This document shows positions 24,260 to 36,605 of a stretch of DNA of 64,000 nucleotides, piece by piece (position 1 is the stretch's first letter; each line of letters begins with the position of its first letter). The DNA lies in assembly GCA_021613535.1 (NCBI GenBank), contig CP075497.1, positions 930,001 through 994,000 on the forward strand. The letters run 5' to 3'. The position numbers were made by a program, and so were the translations under genes. The stretch is from Adineta vaga (Eukaryota > Animalia > Rotifera). The notes beneath the pieces are model-generated. The model saw nothing but the letters and a program-made list of their open reading frames with translations, searched no databases and had not been told where the DNA came from.

Positions 24260-24793
24260 TTAGTTATTCACGTTGAAACATCCTGGTATATGAATTGTTT
24301 GGTTACTAGATGGAAAACGACGACATTTCGTCTGAGCATAGAGTGGATTATAAAAACCATCAGCGCACGATCTAGGCGATATTGACGAATTGAAGCATTC
24401 AACATCCAAAAGACATTTTGTACAATAGGTTGCACCCGGTTGAATATTATAATAACCTTTTGGACATGAACGACATTTGACTTGCTCATAGAGATCAGCG
24501 TAAGTTCCGGCAGGACAAAGTTGTGGTAATTGTTTAGCGTTCGGACAAAATTTTCCTAGGCCACAACGAATGCATGTTGTTTGACCTGTTTGAATTTGAT
24601 ACCAACCGCTACGACATTGACGACAGACAGATTGCTCATAGAGATCAGTATAACTACCTGGAGGACATGGAAGTTGGATCTTTCCATCAGGACAGTAGGA
24701 CCCTATGTTACATTTATGACAGACAGTTCCACTATGGTAAAAACCAGGAGTACAAGATAAAGGCTGAGAAATAGCAGGTACAATTATGAAAGA
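24260..24793 (-). CDS. Secreted Cys-rich protein with CPxGxY (GCC2/GCC3, ephrin-receptor-like) repeats
   Basis: Signal peptide; repeats CPPGSYTDLYEQSVCRQC and CPAGTYADLYEQVKCRSC. Confidence 0.75.
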   Translation of the reverse strand, partial: SFIIVPAISQPLSCTPGFYHSGTVCHKCNIGSYCPDGKIQLPCPPGSYTDLYEQSVCRQCRSGWYQIQTGQTTCIRCGLGKFCPNAKQLPQLCPAGTYADLYEQVKCRSCPKGYYNIQPGATYCTKCLLDVECFNSSISPRSCADGFYNPLYAQTKCRRFPSSNQTIHIPGCFNVNN

Positions 24794-25225
24794 AAAAAAG
24801 AAAAAAACAATGAAAATCATTTGAGTTTTTATTCACGAAAAATTGAGAATGATGATGATGAAAATTTCTCTCTTTTAAAGTTTATCGTTTATACATGTTT
24901 TGCGCAGTTTCCTTATTTTTTATATGAAATTGACGTAAATCAGATCAAGTTGGAAGAAAGAGAAAAACGGAAGAAGGGAAATAAAGGAATAGGAGAGAGA
25001 GAGGCAATAAAAAAATTCTTTTTATTTTAGTTATTACTCATATCAATCCTTTTCAAAAGTTATAGAGATTCTTTCGTCTGTGCAACGCAATTTCAGCTTA
25101 ACTGCGTCATAAATACTTTATTAGTAAGTTGGAAAGAAATAAGAAAAATATAAAATACATTCATTCACTGTCATTCATTTTCTTCAATTATTTTCAAGAA
25201 CCAATTTATCAACACGAAACTGAAA

Positions 25226-25777
25226 ATGTTCTTTAATTATATTTTCGTGCTAGTTCTTATTCACTATGAATATGTTCTTACGGCAACAGCTACTTCTAAT
25301 AGTCTTGTGAAAACTGGAAATGATCCAGTTTGTGATCCTTATACAATGAATTCAGATTCATATCCATCAATTCTCACAAGGTTAGATGTCATACTGACAA
25401 ATCCTCTTACTTTACGTGCAACGACACGTCTTCAGAACAGTACTCAAGTTATAACATTCGAAGGTATTGTGTTTCCATACGGTTTTAGTGATGATCACGC
25501 TTTAGCTGCCTGTCGATCAATGGGCTGTAGTAAAGTCAATACAAATATAAGAGTATCTTGGACACAAACACAGACATGTCGATTCACCTGTCCAAATGGC
25601 ACAAGTGGATTGCAACTGTGTCGCTATATGCAATCGTATTTCAAGTGTCCTTCGAATCCTAATGATGCGATGAGTTTGAAGGAATGTGTAAACAGACCAT
25701 TTTGGGCTGATTATAGTAACTATCCCTCAAGCAACGGCGCTATTGCTCTTATCTGTACAGAATGTGGCGATCTATAA
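25226..25777 (+). CDS. Secreted protein with divergent SRCR-like domain
   Basis: Signal peptide; GFSDDHALAACRSMGC...FKCPS...SLKECVNRPF...AIALIC follows the SRCR Cys pattern. Confidence 0.6.
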   Translation: MFFNYIFVLVLIHYEYVLTATATSNSLVKTGNDPVCDPYTMNSDSYPSILTRLDVILTNPLTLRATTRLQNSTQVITFEGIVFPYGFSDDHALAACRSMGCSKVNTNIRVSWTQTQTCRFTCPNGTSGLQLCRYMQSYFKCPSNPNDAMSLKECVNRPFWADYSNYPSSNGAIALICTECGDL

Positions 25778-25995
25778 AACTTCTACTTCCCTACGAAGAC
25801 ATTTTTTTGCCATTAATAATTCAGATTTCGGTTGAAAGTTTTATTCTCTTTGAATTCTCTAATAAATTCATTTAAAAAAGGTGTCACATTCAGAAATCGA
25901 ATTTCAAATTACGAGACAATAATCACTCACCACAAACCAACGTTCTCATCCTCCAGATGGTTAATAAAATAATATTTTCAAATAATTTATATATC

Positions 25996-26068
25996 ATGAA
26001 GGGTGGGTGAGGATACGAATAAAAAGCACACCTACCCTTACCCACACCCACACCCACAACCTTTCCAT
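25996..26068. repeat. TIE copy 10
   Basis: atgaagggtgggtgagg...cacacctacccttacccacacccacacccacaacctttccat. Confidence 0.8.
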
Positions 26069-26277
26069 TCCATCATTTGCGATTGTATGAAGTGAACACA
26101 ATTTTCGAAGAAAAATATGCAATATATTATGAACATCAGAAAACCTTTTTATTTCAAAGAAATTTAAATACACTATCTGAAAAATCACCCTTAGATCAAG
26201 GACAAAACACATCACAAATAGCTTACGAACATGTTCTTCTTTTCATAAACTCATCGACATTCTCACGCTCAATATGT

Positions 26278-26904
26278 TTAAACTTTTGCTATAATGGCTT
26301 GTTTAGCTTGCGTAATGAGGCCATTGTCACCGTCGAGCATTCGTTGTTGGTGAATAAACGAGCATTGCGTTTCGAATACAAACGAAGGTGTTTCATGTTT
26401 GACAACATTTTCTGCAAGTGCCCATGCTTGTTCAAAACGAATGAGAGCAGCATTAGGATCATTTAAAGTTAATAAATTTTTCCCTTCTTCAATAAATTCC
26501 TTGCTTATATCTCGAACAAGACGTACGAGAAGATCGTCTTCATGAATGAACATTTGTATATTTAAGTGCATCTGAAGATATTCCACAGCCCAGTGAATAT
26601 GACGCATTATATTCGTACAAAGAATATAATACGAATGAATATGCAGATTGTCTGCGATCACATGAGAAATAATTTGATGACCCATTGACCCTGATGAAAC
26701 CAAAATCACATTTTTTTCTACTGCATACTTCTTAATAAGATCTAGCGCACAGTTTTCGTTGTTAGTGTAGATTATTGGACTTTCGACGAAGCCTGTTATT
26801 GGAGCAAGTACAGCTTGGAACTTCAATTTTATACCATGATAAGCAGTGGGATCACTAATGTAACGATGGGCCCAGATGATAAAATATTCAGGTGCAGTAG
26901 TCAT
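26278..26904 (-). CDS. Bdelloid-type alpha/beta domain protein, paralog of 1912-2598
   Basis: FIIWAHR..., VILVSSGSMG, YYILC and EDDLLVRLVRDIS align with IIWLDR, IFFITSNIM, IYVFR and YEDLFVRLIRDIA. Confidence 0.75.
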   Translation of the reverse strand: MTTAPEYFIIWAHRYISDPTAYHGIKLKFQAVLAPITGFVESPIIYTNNENCALDLIKKYAVEKNVILVSSGSMGHQIISHVIADNLHIHSYYILCTNIMRHIHWAVEYLQMHLNIQMFIHEDDLLVRLVRDISKEFIEEGKNLLTLNDPNAALIRFEQAWALAENVVKHETPSFVFETQCSFIHQQRMLDGDNGLITQAKQAIIAKV

Positions 26905-27473
26905 AACTTCTTCTTGTCAATATAAAACTATAGAGAAAATTGTAGAAAATAATAAGAAAAGAAATCGGTTATTTAAGTAAAAATGAGTCTGAATAAAAAT
27001 AAAAATATATAAGTGTCTCTTTTCGTCAATAATGTATGCTGAATGATTGCTGTTTTATACCTCTATATTCTGCTGACATGACTGGTAACTGGAAAAAACC
27101 GTCTTGCTTCTACCTACAAAGTAAATATTATAAACAAATCTTTTTTTCTTTTCTTTTTCGCTACAAAAACAACTAAGTAGAATTATAATTGAATGTATTC
27201 ATGTAGCTTCTATACGTTTCCGTCAACTAATGCAGATTAAATAGCCCTTTCAGTATTTTGTATATTTCTCATCTGTAAGTCAAAATAGAAAAAACATATA
27301 TATTTTTCTTCTCATACGAGATGTCATGCAAAGGATCGATTAAAGAAGCATACATAACTTCCAAACGGCAAGTTTTTTCATAAATCGTTCCAAGAGCTGC
27401 GAATTAAAAAACACAGACTATCCTTTACCAAATCAACTAAGTCACATGCAGAGATGTTCATTGTTAAAAAACC

Positions 27474-27512
27474 TAAGGGTGAGGGTGAAATATCGAATGA
27501 AATGCATCCTTG
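27474..27512. repeat. TIE copy 11 (short, degenerate)
   Basis: taagggtgagggtga...tgcatccttga. Confidence 0.45.
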
Positions 27513-27896
27513 AATAAAACTTATCAGTTCATTATCGTTCATAATCGAGAATGATCGGATACTCATGCATATTAATTTCGCAAGGAGATTTTTTATTTTC
27601 AATTTCACTTAATTTTATCGATTTGGAACGATCGAATGAATAAGAAAAAGTTTGTGTTTGCTTGTAAGATGAAGTATTTCGAACATTTTTTTAATTGAAG
27701 ACAAATAAAAAGAGGTTTCACAATTATGTTTGTTCATTTGACTATGACACTATTACTATTAGAACTGTATGTCACAAAAAATTGTTTACAAGAGATAAAA
27801 TTGTGCAATTTTGTCATCACTGTGCTATATTTTGATCGATTAAAACTGGAAATCCAAATGGTCGATAATATTAATAGACTTATTACGATGAGATAA

Positions 27897-27980
27897 TTGA
27901 GGGTGTGGGTGTGGTTGTATGTGTGTGAGAGAAAATGATTATACACCCACACCTACATCCACACCCACATCCACACCCTC
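27897..27980. repeat. TIE copy 12
   Basis: ttgagggtgtgggtgtggttgtatgtgtgtga...tacacccacacctacatccacacccacatccacaccctc. Confidence 0.9.
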
Positions 27981-28635
27981 TTGGCAATCTATAAAACTAT
28001 TGACACTTTCAAAATCTTTGAGAAAAATGTATATCAAACAAAAAAAAATACAGCGAAGTAGCAGTACTTACAATATTATTTTATTAGTCTTTATCAAATC
28101 TGCGTGTATAATACACCATTTTATTGTATAATTTTTACATGTAAATAAAGAAAAAGATAAAGATGAATACAATCTGATTCAATACATTATAACTATACAA
28201 TGGAATGGGTGATATAGTTATTCATAAAATATTTTCAAAGATTCTTTTGATGAATCAGGAAATTTTATGAAAGATTTCTTCATATATGAGTATCGTATTT
28301 TGATAATATAATCGCGATTACTCAAAAAGAAAAGTTGATATATGAAATGGTTAATTAATTAATCATTTTGTAAATGCATCGTTTTAGATAGAGAGAAACA
28401 TATATTTCTGATTCTTTTCTAGGTAAAAACAAAGATAAACAAAAGAAAGGAATGAGTAAACATTATTATTTATAGCGTCTTACCTTATGCATCAAATATT
28501 ATACCCGCTGACATACTGGGAATAAGACGATGTATAAATACGATGTGTTTTTTCATAAGGATATTCCAGTTCATTTTCAACCATATATTCTCTTCCATTG
28601 ATCATTCTTGAACGAGAAAGTGAATATATATTCCA

Positions 28636-30435
28636 ATGTTTTTCTTTTTAATATCATTTCTTGTCATTATTATTCTTCTTGTCTATTATTTGAAACTTCG
28701 GCAATGTTATCAATATTTCAAAATTCGAGGTATTCCAACACCACCATTTCAATTTTTCTATGGTCATTTTAAAACTTTATGGAATGTTCCATCTAATTAT
28801 CGTCAACTTGAAAGTTGGACAAAACAATATGGAAAAATTTATGGAATATATGAAGGAAGTTCACCGGTTTTTGTTGTTAGTGATCCTGATTTTTTTTCAG
28901 GAGATTTTCGTTGAACAATTTTCTGTTTTCAATGCACGAAGACACACTTTTCTTAGTGATATAATGCCGGGTACATTTTTCTTGAGTGGTGATGAATGGC
29001 GTCGTCATCGTCATGTACTCAATCCAGCATTTACAATATCAAAATTAAAAATGATGAGTCCTCTTATCAATGGATGTATCAGTGATCTTATGAAAATATT
29101 ATCTAATCATGCAGAAAACGGTGAAGAATTTAATATCTATTTATATTATAAACGACTGACAATGGATGTTATATGTAAGAAAATCATCTATTTACAGAAT
29201 AAGATATTTTTCTTAATATTGTTTAGGTCGACGTGGATTTGGACTTGATTTTAAATTACAAAATAATTCGAATAATATTTATTTACAAAAGATGCAAGAA
29301 CTTTTTGATGATAATATATATGCAGATAATCTTGTTGCTCGACTTGTTCTACTGATACCAGAATTTGGATATATATTCAGTCGAACCTTTTCTATTATTA
29401 CTCGTGCTAAAACATTGATTAATATAAAAATTCTTCCTTTAATATCTAAAACAAAACAATTGAGTGAAATGCCAATAATGTGGTTTGTTAATCGAGTAAA
29501 AGTCATTGTCGATCAACGAATCGAACAACCAACTAAACAAGTTGATATTCTTCAACTTATGTCAAAAGCTTTGATCAAAAAAGTAATTGAACTTCGAGAT
29601 CATTTTTCATAATAAAAACATGAAAAACTAAATATTCTTTTCTTTCTTTTCATAGGATATGACATCAAATACTAATGAAAAAAATGATTGGTTAACTGAA
29701 AAGGAAGTTGTTGGCAATATTGTTATCTTTCTTACTGCAGGTTACGAAACGACATCAACTGCTTTAGGTTTAATGATGTATGAACTTGCTAGACATCCAG
29801 ATATTCTTGAAAAACTTCAACATGAAATTGATCAACTCGAATTCAAGAGTGATCCAAATAATGATGATGAAAATGCAATGGAATATCCTGATTATGAGAT
29901 TGTTTCACAATTACCATATATGGATATGGTCATTTCAGAAGTTTTGAGAATGTATCCTATTGCTAATGTTGCTGTTCAAAGACGTGCACTCGATGATACA
30001 ATTGTAAAAGGAATTCATATTCAAAAAGGTAAAGTAATTAGAAATTCTTTTGAAATAGGATTTTTCAGTTCTGAATTGCGAAAGATTGAAATAACTCGTT
30101 TTTCTTCGATTTTTGTAGGTACTGTAATACCAGTTGATTTATATTCGGTTCATTTTGATCCTGATCTTTGGGGTCCTGAAGATCCGTATAGTTTTATACC
30201 TGAACGTCATCAAACGAAACGTCATCCAATGGCACATTTAGCATTCGGAGCAGGTCCACGTATTTGTATTGGAATGCGTTTTGCATTGATCGAAGTAAAA
30301 ATTCTGCTAACGAGATTACTTCGTGATTATAATATTCTGCCTGGTGAACATCTCGAAAGTAAATTTACAATCCATGATCGAACAGCAATTACACCAGGCG
30401 AAATTTGGATTAAATTAGCCAAAAGAAATCTTTAA
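28636..30435 (+). CDS. Cytochrome P450 (clan 3-like) with a single-base frameshift in a T-run at ~28890
   Basis: N-terminal TM plus PPF; WRRHR; I-helix AGYETT; EVLR; PER; heme motif FGAGPRICIG; short introns. Confidence 0.92.
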
Positions 30436-30528
30436 GCAAGTTCAACTACCAAATTTTCTTTTATTAGAACTTTGATTTTTATTTTCAAATCTTCTCTTTT
30501 TTCTTCATATATATACTAATATATATAA

Positions 30529-30598
30529 TCGAGAGTAGGGTGGGTGGGTATGGGTCTCGATTCTTTATATCAACCCACACCCACACCCACACCCTCAA
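30529..30598. repeat. TIE copy 13
   Basis: tcgagagtagggtgggtgggtatgggt-ctcgattctttatatca-acccacacccacacccacaccctcaa. Confidence 0.9.
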
Positions 30599-30875
30599 AA
30601 AATGTCTTCTTTTCCTCGATTGTATTCGTGCAAACTAAAATACTCAACGAAGAAAGTTGTTAAAATCAAGAATCTAAAAGATATTTGTTTCGAGTGTTAT
30701 GATCTCTCTTGTTCAGTTATTCATTAAGAAGAACGAACTCTTCTTATTTGACCTTGGTGCAAACGACATCTTTGTTACTTTCATTAGTTTATTATCTTCT
30801 TGTAAAATAAAATTGAAGCTATTGATAAATGATCACTTTTCATCTCGATATATCTTCTACTCCACGCTATTCAGC

Positions 30876-30938
30876 TTGAGGGTGTGGGTGTGGGTGATAG
30901 TTTACAAATAACTCTCACACACTCACACCCACCCTTAA
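30876..30938. repeat. TIE copy 14
   Basis: ttgagggtgtgggtgtgggtga-tagtttacaaataactc-tcacacactcacacccacccttaa. Confidence 0.9.
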
Positions 30939-31102
30939 ACACATAGTATTACTGTAAAAAGTTGATATATCGTTTCTTTCACACTTTATTTCTTGATTTT
31001 TAAAAACGTCGGGAATGATCAAAAGAAAAATTAGAATATGAATAGTTAGCAAAAAACACACGAAAAGATAGTTCGTTTACTCAGAATGTGGTTTTAGAAT
31101 GT

Positions 31103-31702
31103 TTAATTTCCAGGTTTGGCTGCATGTGCGATACGACCTCCCGCTAAAGAGCTTAAGAAGAGAGAAAGTATTGTTAACAAATGACCTGCTTGATATAGAT
31201 TGGCTGAATAACCTCTAAAAACTAAATAACGAGAACCTTCAGCCATTGCGGCTAACATAAAAAGACATGCCAGGAAGAGCAATGCACCAGGAATGAAATT
31301 GAGAAACCATACGCTTAAAAAGCCAAGTGCCATAATAAGTGTAGCCGCGATACCAAAAGCAAGAAGGATAATACCGGCAATACCCAAACCAGATGCATTC
31401 CGCATACTATTGTTACAATTGCTTTGACTAGTTACAGCATTTGATACCGCATAAGTACTACAAATAGGATGTTAATCTCCAGAGCGATCTTTACAGCTAA
31501 TTGTGTCACCAGTACTTGGAGCGTAATTACATAATGAGAGGAAATTGGCTGTACTAGCTACATAATTTGAACCTGTAGTACCATCTATATACCATCGAAT
31601 CGTGCCAAAACCAACACAGCAAAGTATTAACGCAATAACTCCAAAAGCAGCCGCAACACATCCTAAGATTTTACTAATATTATCTGCTGCTGGTCTATCC
31701 AT
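31103..31702 (-). pseudogene. Claudin/PMP22-like 4-TM protein interrupted by one in-frame TAA (31474-31472)
   Basis: ORFs 31472-31702 and 31103-31405 are in the same frame, 22 open codons apart. TM1-T..W, Cys in loop 1, three further TMs. Confidence 0.7.
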
Positions 31703-32080
31703 GATTGATCAATAGAAATACGTCGATTCTTCTTATACTGAGAGAATACGGTTTGCTTGAAGTATTTATATTTCCTTTTTTTCACGTATAGGTGTGTTCG
31801 ATTTTATTCATACAATTCTTTTTCATTCTATTTATTCAACAATAAACGTCAATATTTCATAGTAACGCACTCATACAACATTACAAACATAGACGTTTTT
31901 ACTCTTTCAATTCTCTCTCCTAGCTTATTGACGACGTAAATAAAGAGAGAAAAGAAACACTTTAAGCACTATTAATATTATAATATCTCATTAGTTGTAA
32001 CTATGCCTTCCGGTATGTCGTTTATTTGTGCATTTTTAGTGTACTCAAAAAGTGAGTACACTATTAGAATCGGTCAGTAT

Positions 32081-32342
32081 CAGAGATGGACAAGTCAGCG
32101 ATTTTTTGCCTCAAATCAAGTCAAGTCAAGTCACATTAAAATTGATTGATTGGGAAGCCATATAACCTATGAAAACTGAAAAAAACTTCCAACGGATCCG
32201 AATCTTGTCTTTATTTCAAGATTCATCTATTCTGAGGAAATAATTATTGATGTTAGTTATATTTTCCTGTTATATTTTGAACCAGAAAGCAAAATTGAAG
32301 TGCATAAAAGATTTTTACGCGATATATTTTTGGACTTGACTT
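32081..32342. mobile_element. MITE (CAG-starting TIR, hAT-like) truncated on the right
   Basis: Left end cagagatggacaagtc...tcaagtcaagtcaagtca. The complementary gacttgactt begins at ~32333 and is cut off by telomere-type repeats. Confidence 0.6.
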
Positions 32343-32367
32343 AAGGGTGGGTGTGGGTATGAGTGAG
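32341..32367. repeat. TIE left half (copy 15)
   Basis: ttaagggtgggtgtgggtatgagtgag; no C-rich arm nearby. Confidence 0.75.
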
Positions 32368-33054
32368 AAAAAAAATTCGAATCGTTTTCTTGTATATAAA
32401 GTTTCTAGATCTATTTGTCTTAGTATTGATATGCGCAAAAAATACCTCTGTTCCACAGTCGAGGGTAAAGTTAGTTGTAGCGACGAGAGTTACTTATTTT
32501 ATTTCTTCTAGTAGCAGCCATATATTTTATTTCTTTCTTGACTGTTCGTCTTCATGGTAAAAGTATACACGCAGGTATTGGACTGTATATGTATCCTTTG
32601 AAATAAAAGAATAAACAACAAACAGATATGATCATGACGATCAAGACAAGACATACCAATTTGAATGCAATAATTCACTAAAGTTTTTAAACCGATATCT
32701 TCTACCATACTAATCAGACGTCTTCCAAAACATATCCATTCACTTAATAGATTGGTTAGTTGATGTTTTGTTTGTCAAGATTCTCAGTATTAACTGTTTT
32801 AGATGTGGTGGATTTTTCCGCTGATAATTTCAACGTAGATTGACCTTTAGTAGCTCCTATTATGGACATTTATGGTTCGAAAATGTCGTTGTTGTCGCAG
32901 AATAACCATACGTATAAAAACACTTCTTGCATGACGCAAACTTGTTGATGTTTTGATATTTATCGGGTCCTAATATCTTTGCTAGTAAGCCAAATGTAGA
33001 CCAACATGACGCATTTGAATTTTTTTATATTTCAAACAAATGGCGATACTATTT

Positions 33055-33336
33055 CCCAGGTCAATCATTCCGAAGGTCGGAAACGGCGCCTCAAACTACC
33101 AGAAACGGTTAGAAAACGGCAGTTTACTGCCTTAATTTTCACCTTATTTCATGGTGATCCGTTATTCCGGATTACGACTGCCGTTTTCGGCCGTTTCTTT
33201 CTACGAAATGACCATCTTTTTACACTGTATTTCTACACATTTCTGGGTTAACGGATTACGGCGAAGTATTAGCCCCGGTTTTCGCCGTTTTTCAACCGTT
33301 TAAGACAGTTTACGACACCGTTTGGTTGGACCTTGG
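33055..33336. mobile_element. MITE with CCCAGGTC..GACCTTGG imperfect TIRs and internal AAACGG/CCGTTT motifs
   Basis: Imperfect terminal inverted repeats; internal GC-richer repeated ACGG/CCGT motifs in mirror arrangement. Confidence 0.6.
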
Positions 33337-33439
33337 CAATCATGTTTGACCAATAGTTTTTATTTATGAAACAAAATTAAGTAGTACGATACTTGAAAGA
33401 ACAAAAAAAGCATGTAAACATTTTTTAACCGACGACATA

Positions 33440-34101
33440 CATTCGTTGAATGCTCTTATTTGTTTGTATTCATATTTTTCATTATTAATATATGTTCATG
33501 ATAAATTGGGCTGTCGTTGTTATGCCACTAACAGGACTGTATTGATGTGGTTCTAATACAAGTGGTCGTAAAAATGGAAAGTCAGTTTCAATTATTATTT
33601 GATCTACAATATTTGTTTCACCAATTAACCTAGTACTAAATAATTTCTGTGATTCCAGATCATCTTGTGTAGTGATTGATCCATTTAAACCGATGAATGA
33701 ATTGTTAAAATAATTTAAGAAATTTGATATAACATTTAAATTGCTGTACGGGTTCACATAATGCCAATAAATGTTGTGGGTGTGTTTTAAATTCATCCAA
33801 CATAATTTGAAAAGAATTTTTTCTACCATCATGAAGAACGACTGAAATTTTTAATTGAGGTGCTGTTTTAAGTTGAGATCGAAATGTAAACAAATGCGAA
33901 TATCTACTTGTATCATCGTTTCCGTACTTCTCTACAGCGACCTTGTTTGTATTCAAAATTGAATTTATTTTCAAAAATATTTCCTAGTTGTTCTAATGCA
34001 CGTTCTGGAGTAAATGGAATATATTTTGGATGAATACCATATGCCGTAAACATTTTTATATTTCTTTTTACATGAACATATGTTGTAAAAACTTCCTTCA
34101 C
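33440..34101 (-). pseudogene. TatD-family nuclease relic (frameshifted)
   Basis: FTAYGIHPKY, FRSQL...ISVVLH, IYWH, FIGLNGSIT and IIIETDFPFL are TatD motifs, split over three frames. Confidence 0.75.
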
Positions 34102-34381
34102 AAATAGTATTCTTGCCAGTGTTATAGTGTGGGTGGGTGCAAGAGGAAGGCGAAGGTAACGATAAAGATGCTACTACGGAGGGTTCTCAGACAGCATCAT
34201 CCATTTCAATCTTGAACTGAAAGTTTTGGCTAAAGTGGTTCAATTGGAACTTTAACTGAAACTATGTGTTTGAAATGAATTCAAGTATCAAGTTTAGAAT
34301 AACTGAATAGTTAAATAATTGAATGGTTGAGTAATTGAATAGTTGAATAGTTGAATTAAACTTTCAATTGCGACGTTACTA

Positions 34382-34406
34382 ACACCCTCACATCCACCCT
34401 CACCCA
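34382..34406. repeat. TIE right half (copy 16)
   Basis: acaccctcacatccaccctcaccca; no adjacent G-rich arm. Confidence 0.6.
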
Positions 34407-36605
34407 TGAAAACAATTTCTATATTTGTTCTTAATTTTCTTTCAATTCATTTCTATGAAAGACTTTCGAAAGTCTATAAATAATAAATAGATAACGCTCA
34501 TCCTGGGGATTCGCTTCCCTTTCATGAAAGAATTGCAATTAGGCTCAAGATACTCAAATACTTTGAATGAGAAGCAACATGATGCAAACGTCGCCAGAAT
34601 CTCTACTTAAAAAACATTTCTTCAATGAACTCAGTAGCTCTATTAAAGAATTCACAGTCAGAATTTTTTCCTTCATGCTTAATAACAAGTTCTTTTCAGT
34701 TTCTCAAGAATTATAATAAATAACGCATTGCAAATACCACTGAACCTTTAATGACAGCGTCTGGTCAGGCCTGTGAACGCACGCATAGGTTAAGTTAAGC
34801 ATTTGCTTTGGTTCATGAACCAAATTACTTGACTACTATCCAAAAAGTGGAAGTACTATTCCATGAGTGGCTAAGAATCTATCGTGTTGTTCAAGCATAG
34901 TTCTTCATATATTTGCAGTGTTACTTATATGACTGAGGCCTTTAAACATTCAGCAGTAGGATTGGGATCAGGTTCCTTATTCTTATTCACATATTTCTGC
35001 TAAAATTTCTTTAAAAAATCTGACTTATAGTTGTCAATAGTATTCAGATTCCTTGATTTCTAGTTTCCATGATGCAACTAGTATTAACCGTGACCCGTCA
35101 AAATCAGAATTACTAAATAGTTCTAAAGACATATATTTCAACCATGAGCATCATCTGATATATCACCTCTGATTCAGATTTGAAATAAAAAGTTACGTAA
35201 ACGCTTTTTTCAGACCGAACACAACAGAATCGCTCAACCACAGTGAATCAAAAAGAAGTAACTTCAAATTCGAGTTCCTCTACCCCGATTACTCTTCGGT
35301 CAATACATAAAGAGAAGTTCCAAGTCGAAGTAATTCTTTTTAATTAAACAACAAATTCAATTTTATTTAATCTTTTAACGGAAAGAAAAGAATAATAAAA
35401 ATCCTATTTAAATATAATTAATAAATATTCTGATTTATACGAGTATATCTATTAATTCGTGTTCCATGTTCCAAATTGATCCATAGTTTTACATCGAACA
35501 ATTATCGACGCGAAGAGGCAGAAAAAGCCATCACTTTTTTTTTAAATTTCACATATTTAAGAACAAGAAATATTATATCTCTCGCTACAACTATCTCATT
35601 ATATCCCTAAAGTTGTCTAGTTTCATTCATTAATATTGTCTTTTCTCTCTTTTTTTACTGAGAGTGAACGCTCCTTGACTTTTCTTGATCAATCTGTCAT
35701 TTTCTATAATCTTTCACTCTCTCTGATTAATCCGTTGGATAAAGAAAATGTTTTCTTCTAGTTTTTGACAGAAACACAACAATAAAGAAGAAGAAGAGAT
35801 TGTCACGACGATGATAACTATTTTCTTTTCTATTAAAATTTCATATCTCCTTCTCTCTCTTTGTCTTGTTATCTTCCTGATAATCATCTATCACTTGATC
35901 CTTGAAGTTATAATTTCTGTCACTCCCTGTATGATAACTAGATCAATACTCTGGAAGTATTGAAAAAATTTAAAAAATTCATTTCAGACCGACTTTTTCT
36001 GCGGATTTATTTTGAGAATGTATTGAGGGTAGCAGCCAGTTCAAATGAGTACAGATCCAGAAAAATTAGGTTCGTCCAAATTCATGTTTAGGTATAATCT
36101 AAATACTTTAATTTTTAATAATCTATAAATAACATCGACTAATGGTTGAGAGTTGTATAAGAAAAAAAGATTTTGAATACTTAACGAATGTGTCAGTCAA
36201 TGTTGACCGAGAAAAATCTGTTCATCTTATAGACGTTGCCATCGAGTGAAAAGTTAAGTCATATCTTTTTTTTCTTTGCACTTATGCAACCTTATGTCTT
36301 TCAATGTTTCTCTTTCTATCTTCGATAGTGTGGTTTGTCACTGCAAAAAATTGAATGCAGAGAAAACGACAAATATTTTTGTGTTACACTGTCTTCTTAA
36401 AATGTTCTCGAATACTCAACATATGAATCATTGATCTTCTCTTTGTACAGTTGTTCATCTTTCGATTTAATGCCATATGTGAAATATATTTCTACACACA
36501 TTCAATATCTGTGGATTCTTTCAACGTCTCATGTCAAGAAAGAATCTATGTATTTCTGTTTAGTCGTTATCATTCTAGAGAATCTTGCGTCGATTACAAT
36601 CTTTG

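Noticed and set aside
34127-34140. gtgtgggtgggtg as a further TIE (also weak matches at 10245, 25925-25958, 52085-52110, 61680-61705)
   Set aside because: Too short or degenerate and lacking a partner arm; not counted.
34480-35450. Possible DNA-transposon remnants
   Set aside because: No transposase motif or paired TIRs could be established by eye.
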